A DNA stretch of 64,000 nt, taken from IMG/VR virus record IMGVR_UViG_3300042565_001021, positions 64,001 through 128,000 of that record. One strand, 5' to 3'. The stretch is from a virus. The notes below the pieces were generated by a model. That model was not told the DNA's origin. It made no database searches and worked only from the letters and a program-made list of their open reading frames with translations. The position numbers and the translations under genes were made by a program. Of the stretch, positions 36,760 through 44,876 are shown one piece after another. Positions within the stretch are counted from its first letter, which is position 1; every line of letters starts with the position of its first letter.

Positions 36760-36998
36760 TTTAGAGAAAACATGATTAGTTGCTGCTCGTCAACGAAACG
36801 AATCATAGCCTTTTTATTCAACTTAACGATTTCTGCTCCGCCGTATTCTTCAAATAGCCAATCTCGAAAAGCTTTTCCTTCACCGTAATTAGAAGGAATA
36901 TAGTACCTACCTATACCTAATCCGTGCGGCGGATCTATGTTGCGACTCTCGTACCAATGGAGCAGCACCTTTGCGCCGATAGGGTTATACGGTATCAT
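36750..36998 (-). CDS. 'L(K/R)W'-family small protein
   Basis: FVDEQQLIMFSLKWS. Confidence 0.7.
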   Translation of the reverse strand: MIPYNPIGAKVLLHWYESRNIDPPHGLGIGRYYIPSNYGEGKAFRDWLFEEYGGAEIVKLNKKAMIRFVDEQQLIMFSLKWS

Positions 36999-37006
36999 TG
37001 AATATT

Positions 37007-37222
37007 TTACGACCATCGCAGTAGAAACAGCATACGTTCTTTGTCATCACGAAATCTAAATGCGTTAAACGAGAGTCTTACTCCGCAGTCGTTTTCTTTA
37101 CACCAAATTTCAAGCTCGTCAAGCATAGTGCTCATTCGCACAGCTCTATCGCCTGCTACAGCAAACACAGAGATCTCAGAAACTCCGAGAGTGACAAACT
37201 CTAATTTTTTGCCGAACGACAT
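37007..37222 (-). CDS. 'L(K/R)W'-family small protein
   Basis: WCKENDCGVR...FRFRDDKERMLFLLRWS. Confidence 0.75.
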   Translation of the reverse strand: MSFGKKLEFVTLGVSEISVFAVAGDRAVRMSTMLDELEIWCKENDCGVRLSFNAFRFRDDKERMLFLLRWS

Positions 37223-37223
37223 T

Positions 37224-37511
37224 TTAGTGTAGCGTGTGAGTTTTATACCCTTGAATCAGCACCTGGAGTCTCAGAAGCTCAGCTGTTACCTCGGGCGCAA
37301 GAGAAGCAATGGTTGCCTCGTGGATCCGAATCGCTTTCATGTTCTCGTCAAACTCGAGAAATGCCCCGCAGTAAAAGCACAGCGAAACATCGCCTGGTGC
37401 TGGGCCGCCCTGGCCTTCTTGCGAAGGAGAAGCAGCATCCAGCATTGATTCACAGCAAGGGCAAGTGACCTCTGGCAATAATGTTACTTCTGGTTCAAAA
37501 GACGAAGTCAT
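37224..37511 (-). CDS. Zn-ribbon hypothetical protein
   Basis: CPCC...P.PGD.SLCFYCG. Confidence 0.65.
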   Translation of the reverse strand: MTSSFEPEVTLLPEVTCPCCESMLDAASPSQEGQGGPAPGDVSLCFYCGAFLEFDENMKAIRIHEATIASLAPEVTAELLRLQVLIQGYKTHTLH

Positions 37512-38616
37512 GGTATTTGCTCTTTTGCTTGGTAAAGGTAACAGTTGCGCCTTTGTCGTTGGAGTAAGTAAACGCTCCGGTTGCTGCGTCGATCTTCTTC
37601 AGATTCAGGTAAGTGAATTGGAAGTTTGCGCCTTCTGCGGGCAGCTTCGGATCTGTTGTAGATTTAGCAACAGCGGTGGCACCTTGAACCGATGGAGCAT
37701 CTTCGTCGTCATCAGTACCGTAGTAGTTGATGTGGAAGCGATCCTTGGATAGCGGGTTGCTTTCCATAGTCTTCGGGTGGTAAATCCCTTCCGGTACATC
37801 GATACCGTTGATCTTCATTGTGATGTCGTAAACGCCGCCGTCGTCGGACTGTGGCTTTGCGTTCAGCATCTTCATTGCTTCTTGTGCTGTTTCACCGTAG
37901 CGGTTCATTTCTTCAACAAGCGACTTCAGCATGTCGAAGTTGAATGCGCTGAACATAGAGCTAATGCGGCAGATGTTTTCGATCTGCTCTTTGTTCTTGA
38001 GGTTCTCTTCGCAGTATTCGGTAATGAATTCAGTTTCGAGTCCGTGGAAATCAAGCATGTAAAAGATTCGACCTGGACGGTTGCGCATGTGGGAATCAAT
38101 GCGCCACTTGTCGTTACAGGTGAGCACGAACAGTTTTTTACTTGGGAATACGCCGTCGAGCAGTGTCAGGATAGCGGATTGTTCGTCGGCGTCGTAGACC
38201 TTTTCGAACTCGTCGAACAGGATCATACAAGGCTGTTGAATGCTTTGGATTAGTGTGTTGAACTTTTCGCCGTTCCATGCGGTGTTGATGATAATAGTTG
38301 GCATGTCTTGCGCAGCACAAGCGATAGAAAGAGACTTTGCGAGCAGCGTCTTGCCGGAACCTTTTTCGCCTGTTAGCAGAACACCGGTCGTCGCTGGCCG
38401 GTCGTTGAATGTGTTCATGATGCGTTCTGTGTGACGCAGGGTGTCGCCGTACACTTTGTGCTTCAGTTCGAAGTCGTCAATGGACTCGAAGTAGAAGTTT
38501 TCGTACTGGTCCATTTTAATTGTGTAGTTGCCGGGAGGCAGGGCCGGAGTTAGGTTTAGAACCTCGTCGTCATAAGGAACAAAAGTGTTTCCGGATTTCC
38601 TAAATTGGGTAGCCAT
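37495..38616 (-). CDS. AAA family ATPase
   Basis: GEKGSGKT, LFDEFEK, LLDG, NRPGR. Confidence 0.9.
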   Translation of the reverse strand: MATQFRKSGNTFVPYDDEVLNLTPALPPGNYTIKMDQYENFYFESIDDFELKHKVYGDTLRHTERIMNTFNDRPATTGVLLTGEKGSGKTLLAKSLSIACAAQDMPTIIINTAWNGEKFNTLIQSIQQPCMILFDEFEKVYDADEQSAILTLLDGVFPSKKLFVLTCNDKWRIDSHMRNRPGRIFYMLDFHGLETEFITEYCEENLKNKEQIENICRISSMFSAFNFDMLKSLVEEMNRYGETAQEAMKMLNAKPQSDDGGVYDITMKINGIDVPEGIYHPKTMESNPLSKDRFHINYYGTDDDEDAPSVQGATAVAKSTTDPKLPAEGANFQFTYLNLKKIDAATGAFTYSNDKGATVTFTKQKSKYHDFVF

Positions 38617-38680
38617 TTGTCGCTTTCTTTAAATGATAAAACATTATATGCTACTTTGTGTTTTTGAGCAAGTATTTTGG

Positions 38681-38938
38681 TTATCGCGGTCCGGTGCTTC
38701 CCGTTCCTGTATCAAATGGCCATCTGGCTCGGGGAGCTTTATCTAACAAGTGCCCAGCAAGTAACAGGAACCAAGCTAAATCTTTTTCATTCGCAAAATA
38801 AAACTCGTCGTTGTTTGTCCTTGACCAACGGACATATTCTAAGCCAAAATGATCCTGGCAGATTTTAGTCACTTCGAAAAAGTGCGCCCCGTAAGTGTTT
38901 GGCGCTTTGAACCAGTGTTCGAAAATTACTTCTTTCAT
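38681..38938 (-). CDS. 'L(K/R)W'-family small protein
   Basis: CQDHFG...RW...FYFANEKDLAWFLL. Confidence 0.7.
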   Translation of the reverse strand: MKEVIFEHWFKAPNTYGAHFFEVTKICQDHFGLEYVRWSRTNNDEFYFANEKDLAWFLLLAGHLLDKAPRARWPFDTGTGSTGPR

Positions 38939-39252
38939 TTCTTTAGCGGAATGTAAGGAGCGTAGAATGCTGCTCCCTCATAACCAACCATTAAAGAAGA
39001 CGTGTTGGACAGATGGCTACCTGTCAGGGCAAACCAGGTTATGTCCTTCTTGTAGCGAAACTGGAGAACACCACCAAATGTTAGCCTCCAGTTGCCGTGG
39101 TTGTCTCTTGTCTTTTTAGTAGCGTGGTTGTAGGATGTGCTGTGCTCTGGTCCAAAATGCTGAGTACATAACTGCCGTACTTCCTCACGCTTGTACGAGT
39201 ACCTGCCTTCAGCTTCGTACCATGATACTTTAGTTTTAGTTTTCTTGCTCAT
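38935..39252 (-). CDS. 'L(K/R)W'-family protein with C-terminal gp23-like peptide
   Basis: CTQHFG...W...FRYKKDITWFAL then LMVGYEGAAFYAPYIPL. Confidence 0.78.
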   Translation of the reverse strand: MSKKTKTKVSWYEAEGRYSYKREEVRQLCTQHFGPEHSTSYNHATKKTRDNHGNWRLTFGGVLQFRYKKDITWFALTGSHLSNTSSLMVGYEGAAFYAPYIPLKK

Positions 39253-39473
39253 TATGACCACCTCAGCAAAAACATTTCACGATCCTCGTCGCGCTCAAAG
39301 TATATCTGACCAAAAATGTTGTCAAAGAAATAACTTCCTATGCCTTCATATTCTTCTAACCAGTCCAACTGCCGCAAGACATTCTCGTCTTTTCTCGGAT
39401 CCCATAATGCTGCCCCGCTGTTAATAACAGGTTGCCAGTCGGTGCCTATCATTCCGTTTAGTTCTCGTCTCAT
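39252..39473 (-). CDS. 'L(K/R)W'-family small protein
   Basis: YFERDEDREMFLLRWS. Confidence 0.75.
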   Translation of the reverse strand: MRRELNGMIGTDWQPVINSGAALWDPRKDENVLRQLDWLEEYEGIGSYFFDNIFGQIYFERDEDREMFLLRWS

Positions 39474-39715
39474 GACCATTTCAGTAAAAACATTTCACGA
39501 TCTTCGTCGCGTTCAAAGTAATACAGCTTGAAATGCGGATCGGAATAGTATTTTCCTAACCCTTCATACTCAGCTAGCCATATTTCAATCTGAATACCTT
39601 CAAACGAAATTCCGCTAAGATAGTCAAAGTCAATTAGCTCTCTTTCGAGATTCACGCACTGCCACTCGGTGCCAATCATCCCGTTAGTTTCGCGTTCCAC
39701 TGCTACTCCAACCAT
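39470..39715 (-). CDS. 'L(K/R)W'-family small protein
   Basis: YFERDEDREMFLLKWS; close paralogue of the adjacent gene. Confidence 0.75.
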   Translation of the reverse strand: MVGVAVERETNGMIGTEWQCVNLERELIDFDYLSGISFEGIQIEIWLAEYEGLGKYYSDPHFKLYYFERDEDREMFLLKWS

Positions 39716-39927
39716 AGTAATGAAAACATCATAGCATCCTTTTCGTCAGCAAAGTAATAAGTGGTTATCCAGTCCTCTTTGTTGCGTGACGCCGATTCAT
39801 TGACGACAAACTTACCCCTGCCCACTACGTTACAAGCCCAGGCATATCTATCTTTAGGAGCACCTGGACCAGATCGTTTGCCAGAGTTCCCTTGAAGTTT
39901 TACCGGGTAAGGAAATTCAACTTTCAT
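39703..39927 (-). CDS. 'L(K/R)W'-family small protein
   Basis: YYFADEKDAMMFSLLW. Confidence 0.75.
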   Translation of the reverse strand: MKVEFPYPVKLQGNSGKRSGPGAPKDRYAWACNVVGRGKFVVNESASRNKEDWITTYYFADEKDAMMFSLLWLE

Positions 39928-40136
39928 GTATTTCCCCATTTAAGAGCAAACATAACAGCGTCTTTCTCTTGTTGGAACAAGTATTCGCTGCGACAAAACC
40001 CTCCGGAAACACAGTCCCACTCTACTTCTTTTTTACCTAAGTGTTTCCTAGCCCAGGCAATCCGCTCCGATCCAATCCGCCCGTTTTTAACTATAATAGA
40101 GAACGGATAATAAGTTTTTTGTTTAAGAGTTGTCAT
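39924..40136 (-). CDS. 'L(K/R)W'-family small protein
   Basis: YLFQQEKDAVMFALKW. Confidence 0.75.
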   Translation of the reverse strand: MTTLKQKTYYPFSIIVKNGRIGSERIAWARKHLGKKEVEWDCVSGGFCRSEYLFQQEKDAVMFALKWGNT

Positions 40137-40327
40137 TATGCCCACCTCAACGCAAACAGCACGGCATCTTGTTCGTTGTAGAATACAAATGTTTTGTTAG
40201 CATCAAAATACCACGTAGACGGCGACGGCCGTCCAAACTGATCAAACGCCCAAGCCCAGCATTCTAAAATACCGTCTCTCTCGCGATACATGCGGCGTTT
40301 CTCATCGCTTATAGTAAATTTATTCAT
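40136..40327 (-). CDS. 'L(K/R)W'-family small protein
   Basis: FVFYNEQDAVLFALRW. Confidence 0.75.
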   Translation of the reverse strand: MNKFTISDEKRRMYRERDGILECWAWAFDQFGRPSPSTWYFDANKTFVFYNEQDAVLFALRWA

Positions 40328-40533
40328 TTTACCCACCTTAACGCAAACAGCATGGCGTCTTTCTCATCTCTAAACGCATAAAGTCCAGAATAACAACACT
40401 TCCATCGTTCGGGCACGTCGCCGAACATTTCCATCGTCCACTTTATTCTTTCTTGGTCTGGATTCGTATCGCAGTGAACAGCGTAAGGAAACTTAAAACT
40501 GTCTGGAAGAAGGTCGAGTTCGTCAGTTTTCAT
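40324..40533 (-). CDS. 'L(K/R)W'-family small protein
   Basis: YAFRDEKDAMLFALRW. Confidence 0.75.
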   Translation of the reverse strand: MKTDELDLLPDSFKFPYAVHCDTNPDQERIKWTMEMFGDVPERWKCCYSGLYAFRDEKDAMLFALRWVK

Positions 40534-40754
40534 TTAACCCACCTCAGAGCGAACAGAACAGCGTCTGATTCTTTTTCAAAGGAAAACGTAAGTGGCCCGT
40601 ATCCTGTGTCTTCGTCTTCATGGGTGCTAGTCATTCGTCCGGTTATGTTCTTTGCTACCCAGCAAGCAGACCCTTGCATAACGCATTCGGTCCAGTTGTC
40701 AACAATGACGTTATACGGATACGGTGCCCATGGCAATTTTCTGTTCACAGCCAT
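40530..40754 (-). CDS. 'L(K/R)W'-family small protein
   Basis: FSFEKESDAVLFALRW. Confidence 0.75.
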   Translation of the reverse strand: MAVNRKLPWAPYPYNVIVDNWTECVMQGSACWVAKNITGRMTSTHEDEDTGYGPLTFSFEKESDAVLFALRWVK

Positions 40755-41281
40755 TTTGCGAACAGCTCCTTAAATTCTTCTTCGGTTAGGTCACCTACGT
40801 CCTTGCCTTCCGGCAGGAACACGCATTCAGCACCGTACTTAGCAAGCTTCTTACCTGCTGCGTCGCCCTGAACACAAGCTACCTTCCGCTGCGGCATCCC
40901 CATCAGCCAACCAGTTAGATGCTTTGGGTTGTTGCCCATTACAGCAACAGCAGGCAGACCGTGCCAGTGTAGCCGAGCAGCGTCAAACACGCCTTCGGTC
41001 AGGAACAGAAACTTGTCCGTCCAGCGTACAGTTTCGAGACCCCACACAGCCAGGTGAGCGTCTTTGCTTGCGCAAGGCTTGGTTACCCAGCTAAAGTATT
41101 TCTGTAGCTTTGGGTCGCCTACTTCCTTCTTAGGCTGTGACGGAGAATACGTCTGAAACCCAACTGCCTGCCCAGATAAATTCCATAACATCACAGTCAT
41201 CATTTTATCTGTCACCGTAAGGCTACTATACCGCTGCGGGTCAAAATAACGACTACGTAGATGAGTTAGCATTTTATCCAT
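40745..41281 (-). CDS. small Toprim-domain (primase-like) protein
   Basis: LWNLSGQAVGFQ, LTEGVFDA, GDAAG, KDVGD. Confidence 0.75.
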   Translation of the reverse strand: MDKMLTHLRSRYFDPQRYSSLTVTDKMMTVMLWNLSGQAVGFQTYSPSQPKKEVGDPKLQKYFSWVTKPCASKDAHLAVWGLETVRWTDKFLFLTEGVFDAARLHWHGLPAVAVMGNNPKHLTGWLMGMPQRKVACVQGDAAGKKLAKYGAECVFLPEGKDVGDLTEEEFKELFAKWL

Positions 41282-41325
41282 GTTTGTATTATACATGAAA
41301 ATTTACTAAATGTCAACCAAAAAAG

Positions 41326-41403
41326 ATAAATAAGTGTGGACCACGGAGTTCGCCGCTCCCGCCCACTCTAACGCTATAAGGAGCAATCAGCATGTATATT
41401 TAT
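41326..41403 (+). promoter_or_regulatory. late promoter plus conserved structured leader (copy 3)
   Basis: TAAATA; GTGGAC-CAC-GGAG/CTCC-C-GCCCAC; AAGGAG. Confidence 0.7.
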
Positions 41404-42009
41404 ACTTCAGAACAAGTAAGACCATATGTTTATATGGGAATTCATAAAGTAACCGGTGAGATTTACATAGGTTATCGTGAAGCAAACTCAACTCCGTCAC
41501 ACCTTGATATCTTCGAATATCGGACTTCGTCTAAGATAGTTAAACCGAAGTTTGATGATTATACCTGGTATATAGTAGCAGAGTTCATAACAGGTGATGC
41601 GGCTTATGACTTTGAACAACAATTGATATTTGAAAATTGGGATAGTCCTCTTCTGTTAAACAGAAGCTGTCAATTTGGTCATCAGAAAAGATTTAAGTGT
41701 TCAAATAAAGGAAGAAAACAATCAGACAGTCATATCGCAAAGCTGACTGAGATTCGTAAAAATAGGACACTTCCGGCTGATTTCGGCGCAAAGGTCTCGG
41801 CTGGTCTCAAAGGAAAACCGAAATCCGAAGAGCATAAGATAAAAACAGGTAATGCCTTTCGAGGGATCCCTCGAACTGAAGAAACTAAGCAAAAAATTAA
41901 AGAGAAAAGAGCTCTTCAGGTAATAACACATGAATCAAGAATTAAAGCCGCAGCGACCCGAGCAAGAAACTTAGCATTGAAAAGTCAACCAAAAGAAATG
42001 GGCCCATAA
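41392..42009 (+). CDS. GIY-YIG (Seg-like) homing endonuclease with NUMOD3-like repeats
   Basis: PYVY...TGEIYIGYR, Y.TSS, AYDFEQ, LLN, KSEEHK. Confidence 0.82.
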   Translation: MYIYTSEQVRPYVYMGIHKVTGEIYIGYREANSTPSHLDIFEYRTSSKIVKPKFDDYTWYIVAEFITGDAAYDFEQQLIFENWDSPLLLNRSCQFGHQKRFKCSNKGRKQSDSHIAKLTEIRKNRTLPADFGAKVSAGLKGKPKSEEHKIKTGNAFRGIPRTEETKQKIKEKRALQVITHESRIKAAATRARNLALKSQPKEMGP

Positions 42010-42043
42010 AGAGCCCATTGCTTGGGAGGTGCGTTGTTGCTTA

Positions 42044-42262
42044 TTAGGCTGCGATTTTCCAGTTCTTCTGAACTTCGGCTGTGATCTTATCAAAGCCCGA
42101 AGCGTAAATGTCAGCTAGGTTACACTGAAGGTTGATTGCTTGCGCAAGTGCGTCCTTCACTTCAACGTTAGGAACATAGCTAAGGCCTAGCGTTGCGACA
42201 CGGCGGGATTGCTCGATCATTTCTGCTGCGGTCATAGTTGCGATTTTTGTAATATCAAACAT
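42044..42262 (-). CDS. small helical protein, possibly phasin-like
   Basis: Amphipathic Ala/Gln-rich 72 aa; AAGGAG SD. Confidence 0.55.
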   Translation of the reverse strand: MFDITKIATMTAAEMIEQSRRVATLGLSYVPNVEVKDALAQAINLQCNLADIYASGFDKITAEVQKNWKIAA

Positions 42263-42280
42263 TTGTAAATCTCCTTTTAG

Positions 42281-42370
42281 TTAGATGTAGTAGCATTCTG
42301 CGAACCTACGGGTGGATCGACTATCAAACTTTGACAGCCAAACCAAAAGCTTCTCAATACGGTTATACAT
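42281..42370 (-). CDS. 29-aa small ORF
   Basis: MYNRIEKLLVWLSKFDSRSTRRFAECYYI with AGGAG SD. Confidence 0.5.
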   Translation of the reverse strand: MYNRIEKLLVWLSKFDSRSTRRFAECYYI

Positions 42371-42382
42371 TTTGTAACTCCT

Positions 42383-42428
42383 ATGCTGTGGTGCACAATA
42401 TTATTTAGCTTTTTGTGCACCACAGCAT
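42383..42428. promoter_or_regulatory. 16-bp perfect inverted repeat enclosing a late promoter
   Basis: ATGCTGTGGTGCACAA...TTGTGCACCACAGCAT with TAAATA (minus strand) in the spacer. Confidence 0.7.
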
Positions 42429-42458
42429 ATTTTTGCTACCGTTTTTGAAGGATTTTGA

Positions 42459-43472
42459 TTAGCTAACCAGCGGGCCGTCGACCCACCTTGCCCCCCCGAG
42501 CGAAACCCAAAAGATCGGGTGCCCAATTTGCGGGTTGCTGTTGAACAGGATTAGCCCAGGTTTTTCGTTATGTGTTGGGCGGGTTGCTGTGCTACCGATT
42601 TGAGTGTCCCCTACATTGAGGCGATCCACGGTTACTGAGCCATCTATTTCTAAGGTCAAGTTTTCTTTGTTATTTGCGCTTAAAACTACTCGTTGCTCGC
42701 GTAAAGAGCCTACAACCGAGACGTCTTTTCGCAGTTTTCGCACCGTAACTTCACAGCCGTCGTCCCAGACTGATAGAGCACAAGACGGTTCTTCTGTGTT
42801 AATTCCAACTCGTCCATTCTGGACATAAAGAGAGTTATTTGCTAAAGACGTTGCTCCGCGCACAATTAATTCGCGTAGCTCTCCTAAACGTTGTAAGTTT
42901 GAATCGGTAATAGAACGGCCGATCCTGTTTCCAACTATAACTTCTTTACCGTTTAATGTAAGTTTAGAAGTGTCGATTCCTTCTTTTTGGACCTGATCAA
43001 ATAACAGGTTAGCATACTGTAAGAAGAACTCTTTATCCATCGATAACTTTAGCAAGCCCGCGGCGTGTTGGACTAGGTCTTTGTAAAACGGTGAGTCAGA
43101 TGGGATTTCGCCAGTTAGGATTAAGTCTCCATCGACTGTTAGGTTGCCCTTAACTTCGACACTAGATACTACCAGGTTATTTTCTACTACTGTGTTATCG
43201 TCGAGAATAGTTATACGGCAGTCAGTGGCATCGTCTTGAATTCCTGTACTACCAAAGTTCTTAATAATCCCGCCAATGATACGATCGCCGGATAGCATCA
43301 CTGAGTCTAGTTTAACGAGCCTTGAAACTTCTTTTACAACAGTTTCGTTCAGATCAATTTGACCAAGCTTACGCATCACGTCAGCTTGTACTTGTTTTGC
43401 TATTTGTTCTTGTAGCTTAGTTACAAACGATCCGGTTAGTTCGGCGGCGATTTCGTCTATTTTAGAACTCAC
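42459..43472 (-). CDS. putative structural (tail/baseplate-associated) protein
   Basis: beta-rich VKGNLTVDGDL, GRVGINTEEP, N..P..G.P..WV. Confidence 0.6.
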   Translation of the reverse strand: MSSKIDEIAAELTGSFVTKLQEQIAKQVQADVMRKLGQIDLNETVVKEVSRLVKLDSVMLSGDRIIGGIIKNFGSTGIQDDATDCRITILDDNTVVENNLVVSSVEVKGNLTVDGDLILTGEIPSDSPFYKDLVQHAAGLLKLSMDKEFFLQYANLLFDQVQKEGIDTSKLTLNGKEVIVGNRIGRSITDSNLQRLGELRELIVRGATSLANNSLYVQNGRVGINTEEPSCALSVWDDGCEVTVRKLRKDVSVVGSLREQRVVLSANNKENLTLEIDGSVTVDRLNVGDTQIGSTATRPTHNEKPGLILFNSNPQIGHPIFWVSLGGARWVDGPLVS

Positions 43473-43786
43473 TGCGCTGTATCCTTGATTCTACTTTCTA
43501 TAATTTCGTAAAAGGAATCTAGCTCGCCACCAAACTTTCCTTTAAGGTGCGCAATGCCTTCTGCGACAGTAACGTAATCTTGTCTATTCCAAGCGTCAAC
43601 TAGTGCCTGATGAATGCGAGAATAACGCTCTATGTCAGGCATCTCTCCTAACGCAATAGCTTCTGCTGGTACTACGCAGAATGCTGTTACTGGATCTCTA
43701 TCCTCGACTTGGAAGGTTTCAAGTTCTAAAACACTGTGTCGGTTTCTTAGCTCTTCAGCTACATCTCTACCAAATATAATATGCAT
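43469..43786 (-). CDS. hypothetical phage protein
   Basis: IIFG...VLELETF...LKGKFGGELDSFY. Confidence 0.75.
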   Translation of the reverse strand: MHIIFGRDVAEELRNRHSVLELETFQVEDRDPVTAFCVVPAEAIALGEMPDIERYSRIHQALVDAWNRQDYVTVAEGIAHLKGKFGGELDSFYEIIESRIKDTAQ

Positions 43787-43798
43787 ACAACTATTTAT

Positions 43799-44386
43799 TC
43801 ACTGTTTCAGCTGCTGAAATTTTTCCATAAACAGTTTGTAAGAGGTAAGGGAATCGAGCGGAGCATTAAAGCTCTGTAGTCGCTCTAAGGAAACTTCGGG
43901 CATGTCTGGCCAATGCTTGCCACGACTTGGCATGAACGCATGGGCTTCAATCTTTTGTGCTATCTTGTCGGCTTTCTTAATAAGAGCCTCTTCTTCGGGC
44001 GTTGGAGGTTCTAAGGTCATAGCCTTGTAAACGGCAGTCATCAGCCCGGCTTCAATCTGCTTAATAATAGGTCGAAGCTTAGGAATGCGTTTCACTGGGC
44101 TTGGCCAGTCCCCAGTGTAAATCTCTGCTGCGTCGTGTAACAATGCCAGCAATATAACTCGGGCTGAATCTTTAGTCAATCCGTAATACCGGTCATGCTC
44201 AAGTAACGCGGCAACCTCGTCGGCAACAAACATTGAGTGTTGGGCAACATTATACGCGACTACAGTGATTGTATGACCACAGAACCGAGGCATGCGCGAT
44301 AGTCCCCAGGCGATATCCTCGATATTAATTGTGCTTGGGTCAGGGTTCTCTAAGTCGACGAGTTGCCCCGTTACTGTTTCAAGCAT
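43799..44386 (-). CDS. HD-domain phosphohydrolase (YfbR-like 5'-deoxynucleotidase)
   Basis: IEDIA..LS...RF.GH, VAQHS, LLHDAAE.Y.GD..SP.K. Confidence 0.85.
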   Translation of the reverse strand: MLETVTGQLVDLENPDPSTINIEDIAWGLSRMPRFCGHTITVVAYNVAQHSMFVADEVAALLEHDRYYGLTKDSARVILLALLHDAAEIYTGDWPSPVKRIPKLRPIIKQIEAGLMTAVYKAMTLEPPTPEEEALIKKADKIAQKIEAHAFMPSRGKHWPDMPEVSLERLQSFNAPLDSLTSYKLFMEKFQQLKQ

Positions 44387-44387
44387 A

Positions 44388-44876
44388 TCATCTAGCCAAG
44401 CCGCAAGATTTTATCATAGTGATTAGCTGATGTGTCGGAGTGTCTGCTCCATACGTAATAACTTCGTATTTGCCTTCTTCGTTATAGTAGAAGGCATCCT
44501 CAGGACTAAAGCCTGCCTCGGCTAAATCTGTTTTAACCGCAGTTTTGTAATCCATTGCTCCCCAAATGCGCTCCGGCAGGACGATCCCGCAACAAGTGAC
44601 CAACCCATTTAACGAGTCGGCGTCTTCAGCAAACGACCCTGTTGGGAATTCTCTCTCGAGGGTTAGCCTGGCAAGTTTCTCTAGGATGTCTACGCTTGCG
44701 CCACCGTTTAAGATGATAAGTGTCTTGTCTTTAGTTGCCCATTCGTGTAACATAGTTTTCTGCGTATCAGTCTGCCAATTGTCAGTAAACATGTTAGCGA
44801 CTAAGTGAGCAGTCTGTACGCCTTGTTGAATAGACGACAGGTAAAAGTTTACGAACGAGTATAGTCGGTAGTTCAT
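44388..44876 (-). CDS. PTH2-like (peptidyl-tRNA hydrolase fold) phage protein
   Basis: YLSSIQQGVQTAH, W....KTLIILNGG, F.ED..LNG. Confidence 0.55.
   Translation of the reverse strand: MNYRLYSFVNFYLSSIQQGVQTAHLVANMFTDNWQTDTQKTMLHEWATKDKTLIILNGGASVDILEKLARLTLEREFPTGSFAEDADSLNGLVTCCGIVLPERIWGAMDYKTAVKTDLAEAGFSPEDAFYYNEEGKYEVITYGADTPTHQLITMIKSCGLAR

Noticed and set aside
35767-40754. Diversity-generating retroelement acting on the small-protein array
   Set aside because: No reverse transcriptase in the window and no TR/VR pair with adenine-specific differences.
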